This document shows, in pieces, positions 1 to 9,595 of a DNA stretch of 64,000 nucleotides (the first letter of the stretch is position 1; every line of letters begins with the position of its first letter). Made by a program: the position numbers and the translations under genes. The notes below the pieces were generated by a model. The model was not told the origin of the DNA. It worked only from the letters and a program-made list of their open reading frames with translations, and did no database searches. The stretch lies in the IMG/VR virus record IMGVR_UViG_3300000980_000024. One strand, 5' to 3'. Source of the DNA: a virus.

Positions 1-1
1 T

Positions 2-85
2 TATTCATGGGTGGACAGAGACACATTTGTAATTTCACAATCAAATAAGCAAATTCTTAAAGCCGTTTTTAAACCAGAGGAGTAA
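2..85 (+). CDS. 3' end of a hypothetical protein running in from the window edge
   Basis: Open frame YSWVDRDTF...KPEE* ends at TAA 83-85; it contains the GAGGAG RBS of the next gene. Confidence 0.4.
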   Translation, partial: YSWVDRDTFVISQSNKQILKAVFKPEE

Positions 86-89
86 TGAC

Positions 90-575
90 ATGCGAATATC
101 AGAAAAACGTCTAAAAGAAACAGTCGGTAGAATTAACCGCCGAATTTTATTTGACGGCGCCATTGATTTAATTGGTGTTCAAGGTCGCTACGGTTACCAA
201 GCCATTGACCATTACCGAATAACACCGGATGGCCGATTAAGTTGTCAATGTAACATTCACTCAGGCACTAATAAGGAATGCTTACAATCAGCTTATGACT
301 TTACAAACACTGACAGAGTGACCACACGTGAGCAAGCTAAAGCCGTGTTAGTGTTGGTTGGTGTTGACTTCACCACCCAAGACTTTCACGAGTTAAGCAT
401 GCACATCGTTGATCATTTAGTAACACTAGCCAAGTTAACCAAGTACCGCAAACCCAAGAACGTAGTAAGCCTTGCTTTTTACTTTTACCAGCACTTGAGT
501 AAAAACAAGTACAAGCATATCGATATTGATAGCTTGACGGGCGCTTACTTGCTCAACCTCGATGAGAAGTGGTAA
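90..575 (+). CDS. hypothetical early protein
   Basis: 161-aa ORF; GAGGAG RBS about 7 nt upstream. Confidence 0.7.
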   Translation: MRISEKRLKETVGRINRRILFDGAIDLIGVQGRYGYQAIDHYRITPDGRLSCQCNIHSGTNKECLQSAYDFTNTDRVTTREQAKAVLVLVGVDFTTQDFHELSMHIVDHLVTLAKLTKYRKPKNVVSLAFYFYQHLSKNKYKHIDIDSLTGAYLLNLDEKW

Positions 576-631
576 CGACTCATTAGAATTAAGTGACATT
601 AAAAAATTCAACAATCTAATAAGTGAAACTG

Positions 632-763
632 ATGAACAACAAACAAATTAAAAAAGCAATGTACTGGTTGGAACGTAAAGTTATGTTGAAAGTAGTAGCT
701 AAACATTTCGATCTAACAGTTGATGAACTCACACAACTAATCGAAGATTATAAGAACCAATGA
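632..763 (+). CDS. small hypothetical protein (43 aa, MNNKQIKKAMYW...)
   Basis: Read by hand, below the ORF-track cutoff; ATGA overlap with the next ORF at 760. Confidence 0.5.
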   Translation: MNNKQIKKAMYWLERKVMLKVVAKHFDLTVDELTQLIEDYKNQ

Positions 764-942
764 AAACAACGCAAGAGTATTTAAAAAACTCTCACAGTTG
801 CCCAAAATGTAACAGCACAGATGTATCAGGCTCGAAGTTACAATCAGATGATGGCGGTGTTTGGTAAGACATAACGTGTAACAACTGTGAATATGAATAC
901 ACTGATTTTTATTCGTTAACACACTATAAGGAAAACCAATGA
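760..942 (+). pseudogene. Zn-ribbon protein (CPKC...CNNC) interrupted by an in-frame TAA at 865-867
   Basis: ATGA coupling at both ends (760 and 939-942); two CxxC pairs flank a single internal stop (W*DITC). Confidence 0.6.
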
Positions 943-1355
943 GAACAAGTAAAAGATGGCAACCGATTCGTGATGGTGATAAATATTGTGCACCTGCATG
1001 TGGTGCAGGTTGTACTTACGATCAGTATGAATGGGCTAAACAATGTGGTCATGCGTTGGTAGCAATGCTTGACTCAAATAATTTTAAACCCCGAATATGG
1101 GAGAACTTAGGTTGGCACTATTCAGCAACAACCAAAGATGATAATCATGAGGAGGGTGATTTTTTCATACAGGTGTACGACTATAATCAAGAAAGACAAG
1201 TTAAGTATTGGGTCGATATACAGGTGGGTGGTAGACAATACACTGGTCATTTCGATTGCCCGAACGAAGGTATTAATTCTTTAATGACACAACTGATGTC
1301 TGATGTTATGAAGATGCAACTCGCACTAAACAAATATGAGGATGATGACAAATGA
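939..1355 (+). CDS. hypothetical protein (CAPACGAGC motif)
   Basis: 138-aa ORF, AAGGA RBS, coupled to neighbours. Confidence 0.7.
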   Translation: MRTSKRWQPIRDGDKYCAPACGAGCTYDQYEWAKQCGHALVAMLDSNNFKPRIWENLGWHYSATTKDDNHEEGDFFIQVYDYNQERQVKYWVDIQVGGRQYTGHFDCPNEGINSLMTQLMSDVMKMQLALNKYEDDDK

Positions 1356-1819
1356 AAACAAAAGAATTAAGAAACAGTGAGGTATGTAGTTTACTAGGGT
1401 TACCAGCAATTAATAACAACACGAGGTTGTATGACATAAAAAGATTAATTTATGGTGACTTAACTCACATAGCACATGCGCTTTTACAAGGTAAGGTAGT
1501 CACATACGGTAAACAAGCTACTACCAATGAAACTGGGTTTTATTTCACTCATAAAGCAGAGTATTACATCATTGAAGAACCTAAGTTTATTGTCGGTGGT
1601 ATTGAACTCGATGAACACCCCGTTGATATGTTACTAAAGGGTGTTGGGTACTATTCTGTCAACATGTGGGGTAAACAATCCAACTATAACTCACGCAGTA
1701 ACCTTGATTCTAAGTTATTAAACAGTTACTACTTTAAAACCCAACAAGGCGCACAGGCATTTACTCAAGCATTAAATCAAACGATTCAACTACCTAAGAG
1801 TTGCCACGATGAGAATTAA
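1352..1819 (+). CDS. hypothetical protein
   Basis: 155-aa ORF with ATGA overlap. Confidence 0.7.
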   Translation: MKTKELRNSEVCSLLGLPAINNNTRLYDIKRLIYGDLTHIAHALLQGKVVTYGKQATTNETGFYFTHKAEYYIIEEPKFIVGGIELDEHPVDMLLKGVGYYSVNMWGKQSNYNSRSNLDSKLLNSYYFKTQQGAQAFTQALNQTIQLPKSCHDEN

Positions 1820-2033
1820 AAAACCGAATGAAATAATTAGTTTGATCACTAAAGATTTTGGATTCATGACATTTGTGTTCATTGTAACAACAGTATTTTT
1901 ATTGTTAGTAATGTTTTCATGTTATGTGAAATTTGTAACACCAACATGGATTCAGTTTAGAATTTTATCACTGATAGCACTGATTCAATTCTTAGTATGT
2001 TGGGTTGATTGGAGTGATGACAATGGTAACTAA
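1809..2033 (+). CDS. small membrane protein, two hydrophobic helices
   Basis: FMTFVFIVTTVFLLLVMFSCYV and ILSLIALIQFLVCWV. Confidence 0.6.
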   Translation: MRIKKPNEIISLITKDFGFMTFVFIVTTVFLLLVMFSCYVKFVTPTWIQFRILSLIALIQFLVCWVDWSDDNGN

Positions 2034-2289
2034 AATAACAAAGACCGTTTATATTGACAGTCAAAACATCGAACATGATTGTGAACTTGACGCTGAATTA
2101 AGTGACACTAGAGCCAGTCTACGTAACCACTTTGAACGTTCTAAAGTTAGTGCAAGTGAAAAATATTTCAACGCAATGATTAAGGAACTAACTGATGAAC
2201 ACGTTTACGCAATTAGTAATTATATTGATGTAGTTATTCGTATGCGAGAACAGAAACGAGACGGAGAATTAAAATCTAATGAAAGCTAA
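2005..2289 (+). CDS. hypothetical protein
   Basis: 94-aa ORF; start may be 2023 (GGAG RBS). Confidence 0.6.
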   Translation: MIGVMTMVTKITKTVYIDSQNIEHDCELDAELSDTRASLRNHFERSKVSASEKYFNAMIKELTDEHVYAISNYIDVVIRMREQKRDGELKSNES

Positions 2290-2943
2290 ACAACTACTGA
2301 CAGACAACAACCTACATAATACCCACTGGGGTAAGAACATTATCAAAGCCGAAAATAGAGGGGCTTTTACTACTGAAAATGATTCAGACGCTGGTAATTG
2401 GGTTACGTGTGCATGTGGTCAACACACTAAGGGTATACTCAAAGATGAATTTAATAAACCAGATGACAAGGTGTTAGAGTATTTGGGTATGCAATTTACA
2501 ATAGACGTTGTACGACAAGAATTTTTTAAAGCAGCGGAAACTTTAATTCAGATTGAAAAACGTGTAATTGAATTACTAAAGGATAAATCTAATGAAAGCT
2601 AAACAACTACTGGTGGACAACAACCTACACAACACCCACTGGGGTAAACGCATTATTGATGCTGAAAACAGAGGTGAGTTTACTAATAAAGATAAAACCG
2701 ATGCTGGTAGTTGGGTTACGTGTGCGTGTGGACAACACTCAAATGATATTGTGTTTGTTAAAGATGAACATGATGTACTTGGTTACCCAGAAGACAGCCA
2801 CCTGTACATGTATGGTATTGATTTTAGTGATGTTGTAATAATGAGTCATGCAAGTGATACAAACCCTTACATCGAAGCAGCGGAAACTTTAATTGAGATT
2901 GAAAAACGTGTAATTGAATTACTAACGGATGAATCTAATGAAA
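2272..2943 (+). repeat. imperfect tandem duplication (units about 313 and 346 nt)
   Basis: AAATCTAATGAAAGCTAAACAACTACTG at 2272 and 2585; AAGCAGCGGAAACTTTAATT...GAAAAACGTGTAATTGAATTACTAA at 2529 and 2875; AATCTAATGAAA junction occurs three times. Confidence 0.85.
2279..2602 (+). CDS. hypothetical protein, tandem paralogue A (WVTCACG motif)
   Basis: Near-identical N- and C-termini to 2592..2972. Confidence 0.75.
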   Translation: MKAKQLLTDNNLHNTHWGKNIIKAENRGAFTTENDSDAGNWVTCACGQHTKGILKDEFNKPDDKVLEYLGMQFTIDVVRQEFFKAAETLIQIEKRVIELLKDKSNES

Positions 2944-2972
2944 ACAATCAGCGTAATAATACCGACATGTAA
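2592..2972 (+). CDS. hypothetical protein, tandem paralogue B (WVTCACG motif)
   Basis: MKAKQLL.DNNLHNTHWGK shared with 2279..2602. Confidence 0.75.
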   Translation: MKAKQLLVDNNLHNTHWGKRIIDAENRGEFTNKDKTDAGSWVTCACGQHSNDIVFVKDEHDVLGYPEDSHLYMYGIDFSDVVIMSHASDTNPYIEAAETLIEIEKRVIELLTDESNENNQRNNTDM

Positions 2973-3693
2973 CCGACCTAAGAAAGTTAGAAAAGCTGTT
3001 AAGTCTTGCATGAAGCAAACCCGGTTACCCCATGAAATCATTATCGTTGACAACGGTTCATCACCTGAGACGATCAAGCAAAACATACAAACAGCTAAGC
3101 TTAAATCATCCAAGGGTATTGTTGAGCACATAACGCTTCCTGATGGTGATGTAAGTGCTGCACGTAACATCGCAGCTAGTTACGCTAAAGGTGATTACAT
3201 TGCACTGCTTGATGATGACGACGTGTGGTATACCGACAAATTAAAAAAGCAAGCGCAATTACTTGATGATGACCTAAGTATTGATCTAGTTGGTTGCTGC
3301 TCATCCACTCACCACTCACCGTTAAAAATTAAAAGTAAGTACTTCCATATTAAACCCATCCATGCGGTTTACGTTTGCTTCATCTTCCCATCGGCAATGT
3401 TAATGCGTAACCACGTGATTAAAAACATACCGTTCAGAAAAGGTATGAAACTTTACGAGGACTACGAGTGGTTAATCAGGGTGTCTGGTGAATATAAAAT
3501 CGTTAGAACACCCGACAAACTTTATTTTCGTGGTCACGGTGGTGTGTCAAGCACCAGTTCTGGTTTTGATAAGGAACGAACTTCCATACTCATGCAGTTA
3601 ATGAGTGAGTTACCAATGAATGCATTAAATATTAAGCAAGCCATCGTAAAATTCTGCGAGGCTAAAGAGAAACACGAACGAGGTGACAAGTAA
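2938..3693 (+). CDS. glycosyltransferase family 2 (GT-A fold)
   Basis: SVIIPTCNR, IIVDNGS, SAARN, YIALLDDDDVW, EDYEW motifs; start moved from 2929 to ATG 2938. Confidence 0.9.
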   Translation: MKTISVIIPTCNRPKKVRKAVKSCMKQTRLPHEIIIVDNGSSPETIKQNIQTAKLKSSKGIVEHITLPDGDVSAARNIAASYAKGDYIALLDDDDVWYTDKLKKQAQLLDDDLSIDLVGCCSSTHHSPLKIKSKYFHIKPIHAVYVCFIFPSAMLMRNHVIKNIPFRKGMKLYEDYEWLIRVSGEYKIVRTPDKLYFRGHGGVSSTSSGFDKERTSILMQLMSELPMNALNIKQAIVKFCEAKEKHERGDK

Positions 3694-3977
3694 TGAGATA
3701 TAAACTTAACAACACAGCACTTGAGAATCTAAATCTATTAATCGAAGACGCAAAACTCAAGAACACCCACGAGGCTAACGTCATTGACGATTCAATTGGT
3801 GAACAACTGCGCAAAGTTCGTGACGACAAACGTGATGAGCAGATCATGGGGTTGCAGGAAAAAATTAGCTCTTTACGTAATATAATATTTGATTTGATTG
3901 AAGACGAGGCTGCCCATCTACCATCAACACAACAAGAACAACTGGAAGTAATACTGGAGGACTCAAGTTATGAGTAG
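3693..3977 (+). CDS. hypothetical coiled-coil protein
   Basis: 94-aa ORF, GAGG RBS, coupled. Confidence 0.65.
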   Translation: MRYKLNNTALENLNLLIEDAKLKNTHEANVIDDSIGEQLRKVRDDKRDEQIMGLQEKISSLRNIIFDLIEDEAAHLPSTQQEQLEVILEDSSYE

Positions 3978-4323
3978 CTTATATTTTTTAATTTCAAACG
4001 GTATGGATGAAGACATATCAAACATCAATGGTTACGAACAGATTGCAGAGTGTCTTGGTTGTGACAAAGTTGAACCCGATGACATTTTAGAAATGTTAAA
4101 CGACATGGATATTGACAGGCAAACCGACATACACATTGGTAACATGCATGCTCAAATTTTACTGACCAGAATCAAACTCAAGTTAGAAAATACTCACCCT
4201 GATCTTGACGTTACTTACTACGTGAATGCAATGGACACTCATTTAAACATTAACGGTGAAAAAGTTTACACCATTGGCGATGTAAATGAGGTGATGCATG
4301 AAGAGGTGACAGATGGTCAGTGA
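3970..4323 (+). CDS. hypothetical acidic protein
   Basis: 117-aa ORF, GGAGG RBS. Confidence 0.65.
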   Translation: MSSLYFLISNGMDEDISNINGYEQIAECLGCDKVEPDDILEMLNDMDIDRQTDIHIGNMHAQILLTRIKLKLENTHPDLDVTYYVNAMDTHLNINGEKVYTIGDVNEVMHEEVTDGQ

Positions 4324-4549
4324 TATCACAGAAGAGATGGTACCAATCGTCACCGACTATGCTAGAGATAAACAATTGTACTGGGCTGACAATGAAATAC
4401 TCGATATTGATTTCGACATAAACGAACCACTAGTAAAAATTGAATTCAAAACAACATGTTTAGATAGGGGTTATGACACAGACACAATCCCTTTCACCAG
4501 TTTAATATCATACGTGTACTCACACATTAAGAACGGAGTAAAGCAATGA
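4313..4549 (+). CDS. hypothetical protein
   Basis: 78-aa ORF, GAGG RBS. Confidence 0.6.
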   Translation: MVSDITEEMVPIVTDYARDKQLYWADNEILDIDFDINEPLVKIEFKTTCLDRGYDTDTIPFTSLISYVYSHIKNGVKQ

Positions 4550-5973
4550 CTAATCATTCACACTTTTCACACGCAACATATGACCCTGATGATAATAAAA
4601 TTCGCATGTATCCAAACGATATTGATGATCGTATGGAGCGTGAAGATTGGGAGAAACTATGTAGGCAAATGAAATTTCAGAAAGCATACAAGCAAGGTTG
4701 TTACTTTGCGGTGTGGACGTATGCACGTAAAGAGTTTGCTGTAAGCTGGTGCGGTGAGATTGTACGAGAAGGTTCAACGCTTGAAGAACGAGCGACGGCT
4801 AGAGCATTACGCTTCGATCAACACGCCATGAATCGGTACGCTGACAGTAATACATACCTTCGCAGTGCTCAACAGTACGCAGAACAATCAAACAATCAGC
4901 CTATTCTCAGCGGTCATCACAGTGAACGCAAGATGGAAACAGCGGAGAAGCGACGCAAGTCTGCTGAAGCTAATGCAATTAAGAATCGTGAGACTGCTAA
5001 CTATTGGTTACAGAAAGCCACAGGTGTTGAGCGTCACGCTAACCGCATGCAATCACGTAAGCTAGTTGAAGGTCGAATTGAAACAATACTGAAAGACATG
5101 CGCGGCTATCAACGCAGAATCAACCACGCTAACAACATGGTTGAGCAGTGGGGAACTCTTGCGATTTGTAAACTTGAAGGTCGACAGTTACATGCTTATG
5201 TCAAGCATCTTGCTGGTAATCATTATGATTATGGTGCAGCTATACCGGCCAACTGTGAGTTTACATACGACAACATCAAAGAAGACATCCACTTATTAAA
5301 TGATGAAGAAGTTAGGGACCATGTGTGCCGTACTATTGAGTTAGCTTGGGGCGATGTTGTCTCGTCACCATACTTGAACGAAAGCATTGAGCACTGTTTA
5401 AACCGATTGGCTTATGAGTCTGGTAAGTTTAGTAACACCCCATGGTATGATGGCAACATAACAGCCGCTGTGATTCAAACGTTTGCCCGTAAGCACGGTG
5501 CTGAAAAACCCAAAGCACGCAAGACAGAGGACGACTATTGGGAACTTGAAACTGAGTCACCGTTACCTATTCATTGGGGTGGTAACGTCTCAGTGAGCAA
5601 GACTGATGATGAATGGCGTGAGTTTATGAACGACCTTTACTATGAAGTACCTCAAAAAGCACCAGCTAAAGCACCGATACTGAACTTTGAAATACCAGGT
5701 GGTACGTTGTCAGTGAAACAGTGGGGTAACATTAACAAAATGCGTCAAATTAAAATGACCAAACAAGAGTACATGAACGTTCACTCAGATCAACGTGGTG
5801 TAACAATGCATCAGAGTGGCACCTTTCGTGTCAAGTTTTGTAAAGACCCTAATACACGTGAAGCCGGTAAGCCTTGGTCGGGCGAGTGGTGTGTTGTGTT
5901 GCTGACCGATAGTAAAGTTCATCCAATCCCTGAAGTATTAACAACCCCTAGTTCTTGCGAGAGTGAAGCATGA
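4546..5973 (+). CDS. DUF3560-like protein
   Basis: N-terminal ATYDPDDNKIRMY and central QPILSGHHSERK, typical of DUF3560 proteins of plasmids and phages. Confidence 0.7.
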   Translation: MTNHSHFSHATYDPDDNKIRMYPNDIDDRMEREDWEKLCRQMKFQKAYKQGCYFAVWTYARKEFAVSWCGEIVREGSTLEERATARALRFDQHAMNRYADSNTYLRSAQQYAEQSNNQPILSGHHSERKMETAEKRRKSAEANAIKNRETANYWLQKATGVERHANRMQSRKLVEGRIETILKDMRGYQRRINHANNMVEQWGTLAICKLEGRQLHAYVKHLAGNHYDYGAAIPANCEFTYDNIKEDIHLLNDEEVRDHVCRTIELAWGDVVSSPYLNESIEHCLNRLAYESGKFSNTPWYDGNITAAVIQTFARKHGAEKPKARKTEDDYWELETESPLPIHWGGNVSVSKTDDEWREFMNDLYYEVPQKAPAKAPILNFEIPGGTLSVKQWGNINKMRQIKMTKQEYMNVHSDQRGVTMHQSGTFRVKFCKDPNTREAGKPWSGEWCVVLLTDSKVHPIPEVLTTPSSCESEA

Positions 5974-6335
5974 GTTATCAAAGAGAAATACCCCGTGATT
6001 TATTTAACGAAGCTAAGTTATTAAAGTGTTTAGGTTTGCTAAGTTTAAAAGTTCATGATGGTGAGTTACCGCCGTTTGTAGAGATCAGACTTTATCAAGA
6101 CCCACAACGTGATGAATATGGTGAACCAGATTTAGGTTTTGATATTAGGCAAGACCCTTCTGATGGCAGCATTTATGCGAACGGGATACAGATATTAATT
6201 AAAGGTCAACAAGTACCACATCACGCACGTCTTAATGACCGATCTAATTTCTCGCTCATGTTACGTATCGATGAGGTTGACTATGATGTATTTAATGAAC
6301 AGGGTGAAATTGTTTGCCCATATCTTGTGGAGTAA
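5970..6335 (+). CDS. hypothetical protein (YQREIPRDLFNEAKLLKCLG)
   Basis: 121-aa ORF with ATGA overlap. Confidence 0.7.
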   Translation: MSYQREIPRDLFNEAKLLKCLGLLSLKVHDGELPPFVEIRLYQDPQRDEYGEPDLGFDIRQDPSDGSIYANGIQILIKGQQVPHHARLNDRSNFSLMLRIDEVDYDVFNEQGEIVCPYLVE

Positions 6336-6337
6336 CT

Positions 6338-6925
6338 GTGAAGCTATTTGACAATATAAAACGCAAAGCAATTGACATAACTAAGCGTGAACCGTTCAAT
6401 GATATTGACCCTCACCAAACACCTGAGCCGCTACGGGTACATAAAGACAATGAGTGCCATGTCACACCTGATTGGTTAGCCAATCAAATGGTGGAGTATT
6501 TAATACCTCACTCTGATCATATCGTACTTGAACCAAGTGCTGGGACAGGTCAACTAGTAAAAGCTTTAATGATTGGCGGTGTACACTCTAACAACATTAA
6601 AGCAGTTGAAATTAATTTATCATTGGTTAACAACCTTCAGTCTAATTTCTGCAATATGAAGATTAGTTACAATGATTTTCTTGACAACCGAGTCATGAGA
6701 GAAGTGACTTTTGACAGGGTGATAATGAACCCACCGTTCAAAAAAGCAATACAGCATGTCAGTAAAGCACATCAGTTACTCAAACCTGATGGGATATTGA
6801 TCGCGCTAGTACCTAGTACCTTTAAACATGAAAACTTTTACAACTGTGAGGTACTGCTAGAGCTAGATAACACCACATTCAGTACCACCAAAGTCACCAC
6901 TAAAGTCATACGAATTATTAAATAA
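6338..6925 (+). CDS. N6-adenine DNA methyltransferase-like (class I SAM-dependent)
   Basis: VLEPSAGTG (motif I) precedes IMNPPF (motif IV); GTG 6338 with GGAG RBS preferred over 6314. Confidence 0.85.
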   Translation: MKLFDNIKRKAIDITKREPFNDIDPHQTPEPLRVHKDNECHVTPDWLANQMVEYLIPHSDHIVLEPSAGTGQLVKALMIGGVHSNNIKAVEINLSLVNNLQSNFCNMKISYNDFLDNRVMREVTFDRVIMNPPFKKAIQHVSKAHQLLKPDGILIALVPSTFKHENFYNCEVLLELDNTTFSTTKVTTKVIRIIK

Positions 6926-6941
6926 CTACGGAAAATTTAAA

Positions 6942-7535
6942 ATGAGATTAAATAAAAAACATAAACAAGCTTTGTTAAACTTCGCATTGGAAAAAACCAC
7001 TATCGACATTAAGGTGTTAGATGAACACGATAAACTCCAAGTAAAGACCATCAATGCTATAGCGGAGCATTTTGTAAAGAAAATGGGTGTGGATTATTCG
7101 TCATTGAAACGTCAAGGTTCACTGAAAGAATTATCACGTTTAAATTTTCGCATCTATTCAGGTGAAAAAGATAGATATGACCGTGAAATATTTAAAGATT
7201 ACAAAGTTGGTATACCTAAACTTGATGATGTGATAGTTGAAGTACCCCGAACTAAGGACAACAGTGACTTTAATGAGGCTTACTACACGATACCCAAGTC
7301 ATTGCAAAACTTATGTATTAAGTACATTGAGTCAGTTAGCAATGTAGCTAATCTCAAAAGAGAGCACCGACAAACTTTCGAGAGATTGATTAACAGCATG
7401 ACTACGTTTAAGCGTGCATGTGAAGTATTCCCTGAATTTGAAAATGCTGCTCACATAATCATGAGTAACACGCAATTGGTGACGACTAACGCCGAGTTTC
7501 AAAAAATGATTAAACAATATGAGGTGATCAAATGA
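6942..7535 (+). CDS. Nmad5-like (nucleotide modification associated domain) protein
   Basis: MRLNK.. N-terminus and C-terminal TTFKRACEVFPE resemble Nmad5 as recalled. Confidence 0.5.
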   Translation: MRLNKKHKQALLNFALEKTTIDIKVLDEHDKLQVKTINAIAEHFVKKMGVDYSSLKRQGSLKELSRLNFRIYSGEKDRYDREIFKDYKVGIPKLDDVIVEVPRTKDNSDFNEAYYTIPKSLQNLCIKYIESVSNVANLKREHRQTFERLINSMTTFKRACEVFPEFENAAHIIMSNTQLVTTNAEFQKMIKQYEVIK

Positions 7536-8008
7536 GTAACGGTTTCTTAGCAATGGGTGAAGTGATAGCAGTTAAACCATACAACGACTTGAGTGAGTTC
7601 AGTAGTATCACAGAGGTGAGTGACGCATTAGATGACAGCACGATGCATCATCTAACCGAAGATGAATATAGTGAACTGACTCATGCTGAATGGATTTCGG
7701 GTGACTATCAACAGTCATTCACTCAGGTTTTAGAATGTGTTGAGGATTGGGCCGAAGAGAATGGTTTAATTCACAGCGAAGAAGATGCGACTGAAAAATT
7801 TGAACACACGTTGATTGACAACATGGATACAATTGCTTTAATCAGAATGGTAGATCACGCCAATGATCTGGATACTTACTATTCAGAATGGGCTGATGGT
7901 ATGGTTAAAGATAACCAACTACATCAAGAGCAATATAGCAGCTATGAATATGTGGGTGATGTTGATGATCTTAAACAGAAAGCCTTACACAATTCAGGAG
8001 AAAGTTAA
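7532..8008 (+). CDS. hypothetical acidic protein
   Basis: 158-aa ORF, GAGGTG RBS. Confidence 0.7.
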   Translation: MSNGFLAMGEVIAVKPYNDLSEFSSITEVSDALDDSTMHHLTEDEYSELTHAEWISGDYQQSFTQVLECVEDWAEENGLIHSEEDATEKFEHTLIDNMDTIALIRMVDHANDLDTYYSEWADGMVKDNQLHQEQYSSYEYVGDVDDLKQKALHNSGES

Positions 8009-8569
8009 GTGAGTAACAATGACGGTGGTATAAAAGTAAAGTTGGGTATGAGTGTGATGGCGTATAGTCATAATGATTCATACGGCAAATGGGCAACACT
8101 AGTAGGTTTAGTTGTACCAGAACTAAGGAAGGACGATAAATACATAGTAGTTGCATATAGTAATGGTAATGTTCAAAGAGTTGCCAAAGTTGAAAGAGTG
8201 GATAGTGATGGAAATGAGACATGGCCTATTAAAAAGAGTGAGTTAGTAGAAGCGGTTAATGCTGCTACTCACGCTGTGAAGATTTCAGACTTACAACGTA
8301 CTGAGGTAGTGCCAAGCATAATGGAAGATAAACCAAGACCTGACAATAAACCAACACAAATAGAAGCTTACCAGATAACAGATGGTAGATTGTTTGATAA
8401 CAAAGACGAGGCAGACAGAATGCAACTTAGGATAGATTTTTACAATTGGTCTAAAGGTGTGGTTGATCCAGAGTTCAAGGGGTTGCGGTCTAAGCTTCTT
8501 GATTTTTTAATCGATAACAAAACTGACGTTAGTGCTTTCTTGCGTCGAGTTAAAAAGGTGAAACAATAA
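8009..8569 (+). CDS. hypothetical protein
   Basis: 186-aa ORF, GTG start, AGGAG RBS. Confidence 0.65.
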   Translation: MSNNDGGIKVKLGMSVMAYSHNDSYGKWATLVGLVVPELRKDDKYIVVAYSNGNVQRVAKVERVDSDGNETWPIKKSELVEAVNAATHAVKISDLQRTEVVPSIMEDKPRPDNKPTQIEAYQITDGRLFDNKDEADRMQLRIDFYNWSKGVVDPEFKGLRSKLLDFLIDNKTDVSAFLRRVKKVKQ

Positions 8570-9048
8570 TGAGTATAACTAAAGAACAAGTATTAAATTA
8601 TTTAGAAGATGATGAAAAAACAGTTGATCAACTTGGCCAAATAATAGCTGACATGGTTAACGGAGATATGACACCGACATCATTAAAAGAATCCATCGAT
8701 CAAGATCAAGTGGTTTACAGATACGGTGACTTTTGTGTTACTCAATCAGGTAAATGTTTCCTTGATTTTGATACCCGCCTCGTTACTTTGTCAGATAAAG
8801 TCGTAGGCAATCTACCACACCATGTTGTTAAAGCGTTTGATTATCAAGACAGTGTTGTGTTTACATTAACTGCTGACATCATCTACAACCTAGGTGCTCA
8901 AAGTGGTCACACCCTATCAGACAATCAGTGTCACGAAATTTTAGGTCAGCTACGCAATCAAAACCTACCAGTGACTAGTGTGACCAGACAGTTAATAGAT
9001 AACTATATTCATATGGTCTTGAATAATGACCAACAAGAAAGTAGGTAA
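8569..9048 (+). CDS. hypothetical protein, paralogue of 9056..9595
   Basis: TKE.L.., YG.F....G.C, NLPHHV.KAF and L.D..C..I motifs shared. Confidence 0.75.
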   Translation: MSITKEQVLNYLEDDEKTVDQLGQIIADMVNGDMTPTSLKESIDQDQVVYRYGDFCVTQSGKCFLDFDTRLVTLSDKVVGNLPHHVVKAFDYQDSVVFTLTADIIYNLGAQSGHTLSDNQCHEILGQLRNQNLPVTSVTRQLIDNYIHMVLNNDQQESR

Positions 9049-9055
9049 ATAACAA

Positions 9056-9595
9056 ATGAAATTCACAAAAGAAATGTTATTAAACTGGATAGGTACTGAT
9101 AACCAAAACGTTCCTGAACTAGCGCAGTTAATCGTAGACGTGTTGAATGGTGAAGATGGTATACCTCAGATGAGAAAAGACATCGCTGCTTATCAAAGCG
9201 AACCTCAACCAGAACCAGTAATTGTACATGAATACGGGCGGTTTAAAATTCTTTCAAACGGTCAATGCATGTACCACTTCGATTCCGGACAGACATCTGT
9301 AATTTCCAACCTACCACATCACGTAATCAAAGCATTCAACGATCATAAAAAATGTGTGATCCGATGGAGTCCTGAAGATGTTAAAGGCCGAGCCTCTAGT
9401 CAAGGCATTCAATTAACTGATGATGAATGCGCTAAGATTATCCAGACAATGGATAAGCGGCACGATTACTGTCACGGTATCAGTTGGGAAACCATTGACG
9501 TTTACATAGACGATCTAGTTGAGGAGAAAAAAGATGCTACAGACACAACACAACGCACACCTGTTAGTGACTGCGTCACCGAAAGTAATACCTAA
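9056..9595 (+). CDS. hypothetical protein, paralogue of 8569..9048
   Basis: Same shared motifs. Confidence 0.75.
   Translation: MKFTKEMLLNWIGTDNQNVPELAQLIVDVLNGEDGIPQMRKDIAAYQSEPQPEPVIVHEYGRFKILSNGQCMYHFDSGQTSVISNLPHHVIKAFNDHKKCVIRWSPEDVKGRASSQGIQLTDDECAKIIQTMDKRHDYCHGISWETIDVYIDDLVEEKKDATDTTQRTPVSDCVTESNT

Noticed and set aside
865-867. Stop-codon reassignment in this genome
   Set aside because: Only one in-frame TAA was found; long genes are intact under the standard code and TAA, TAG and TGA all terminate genes.
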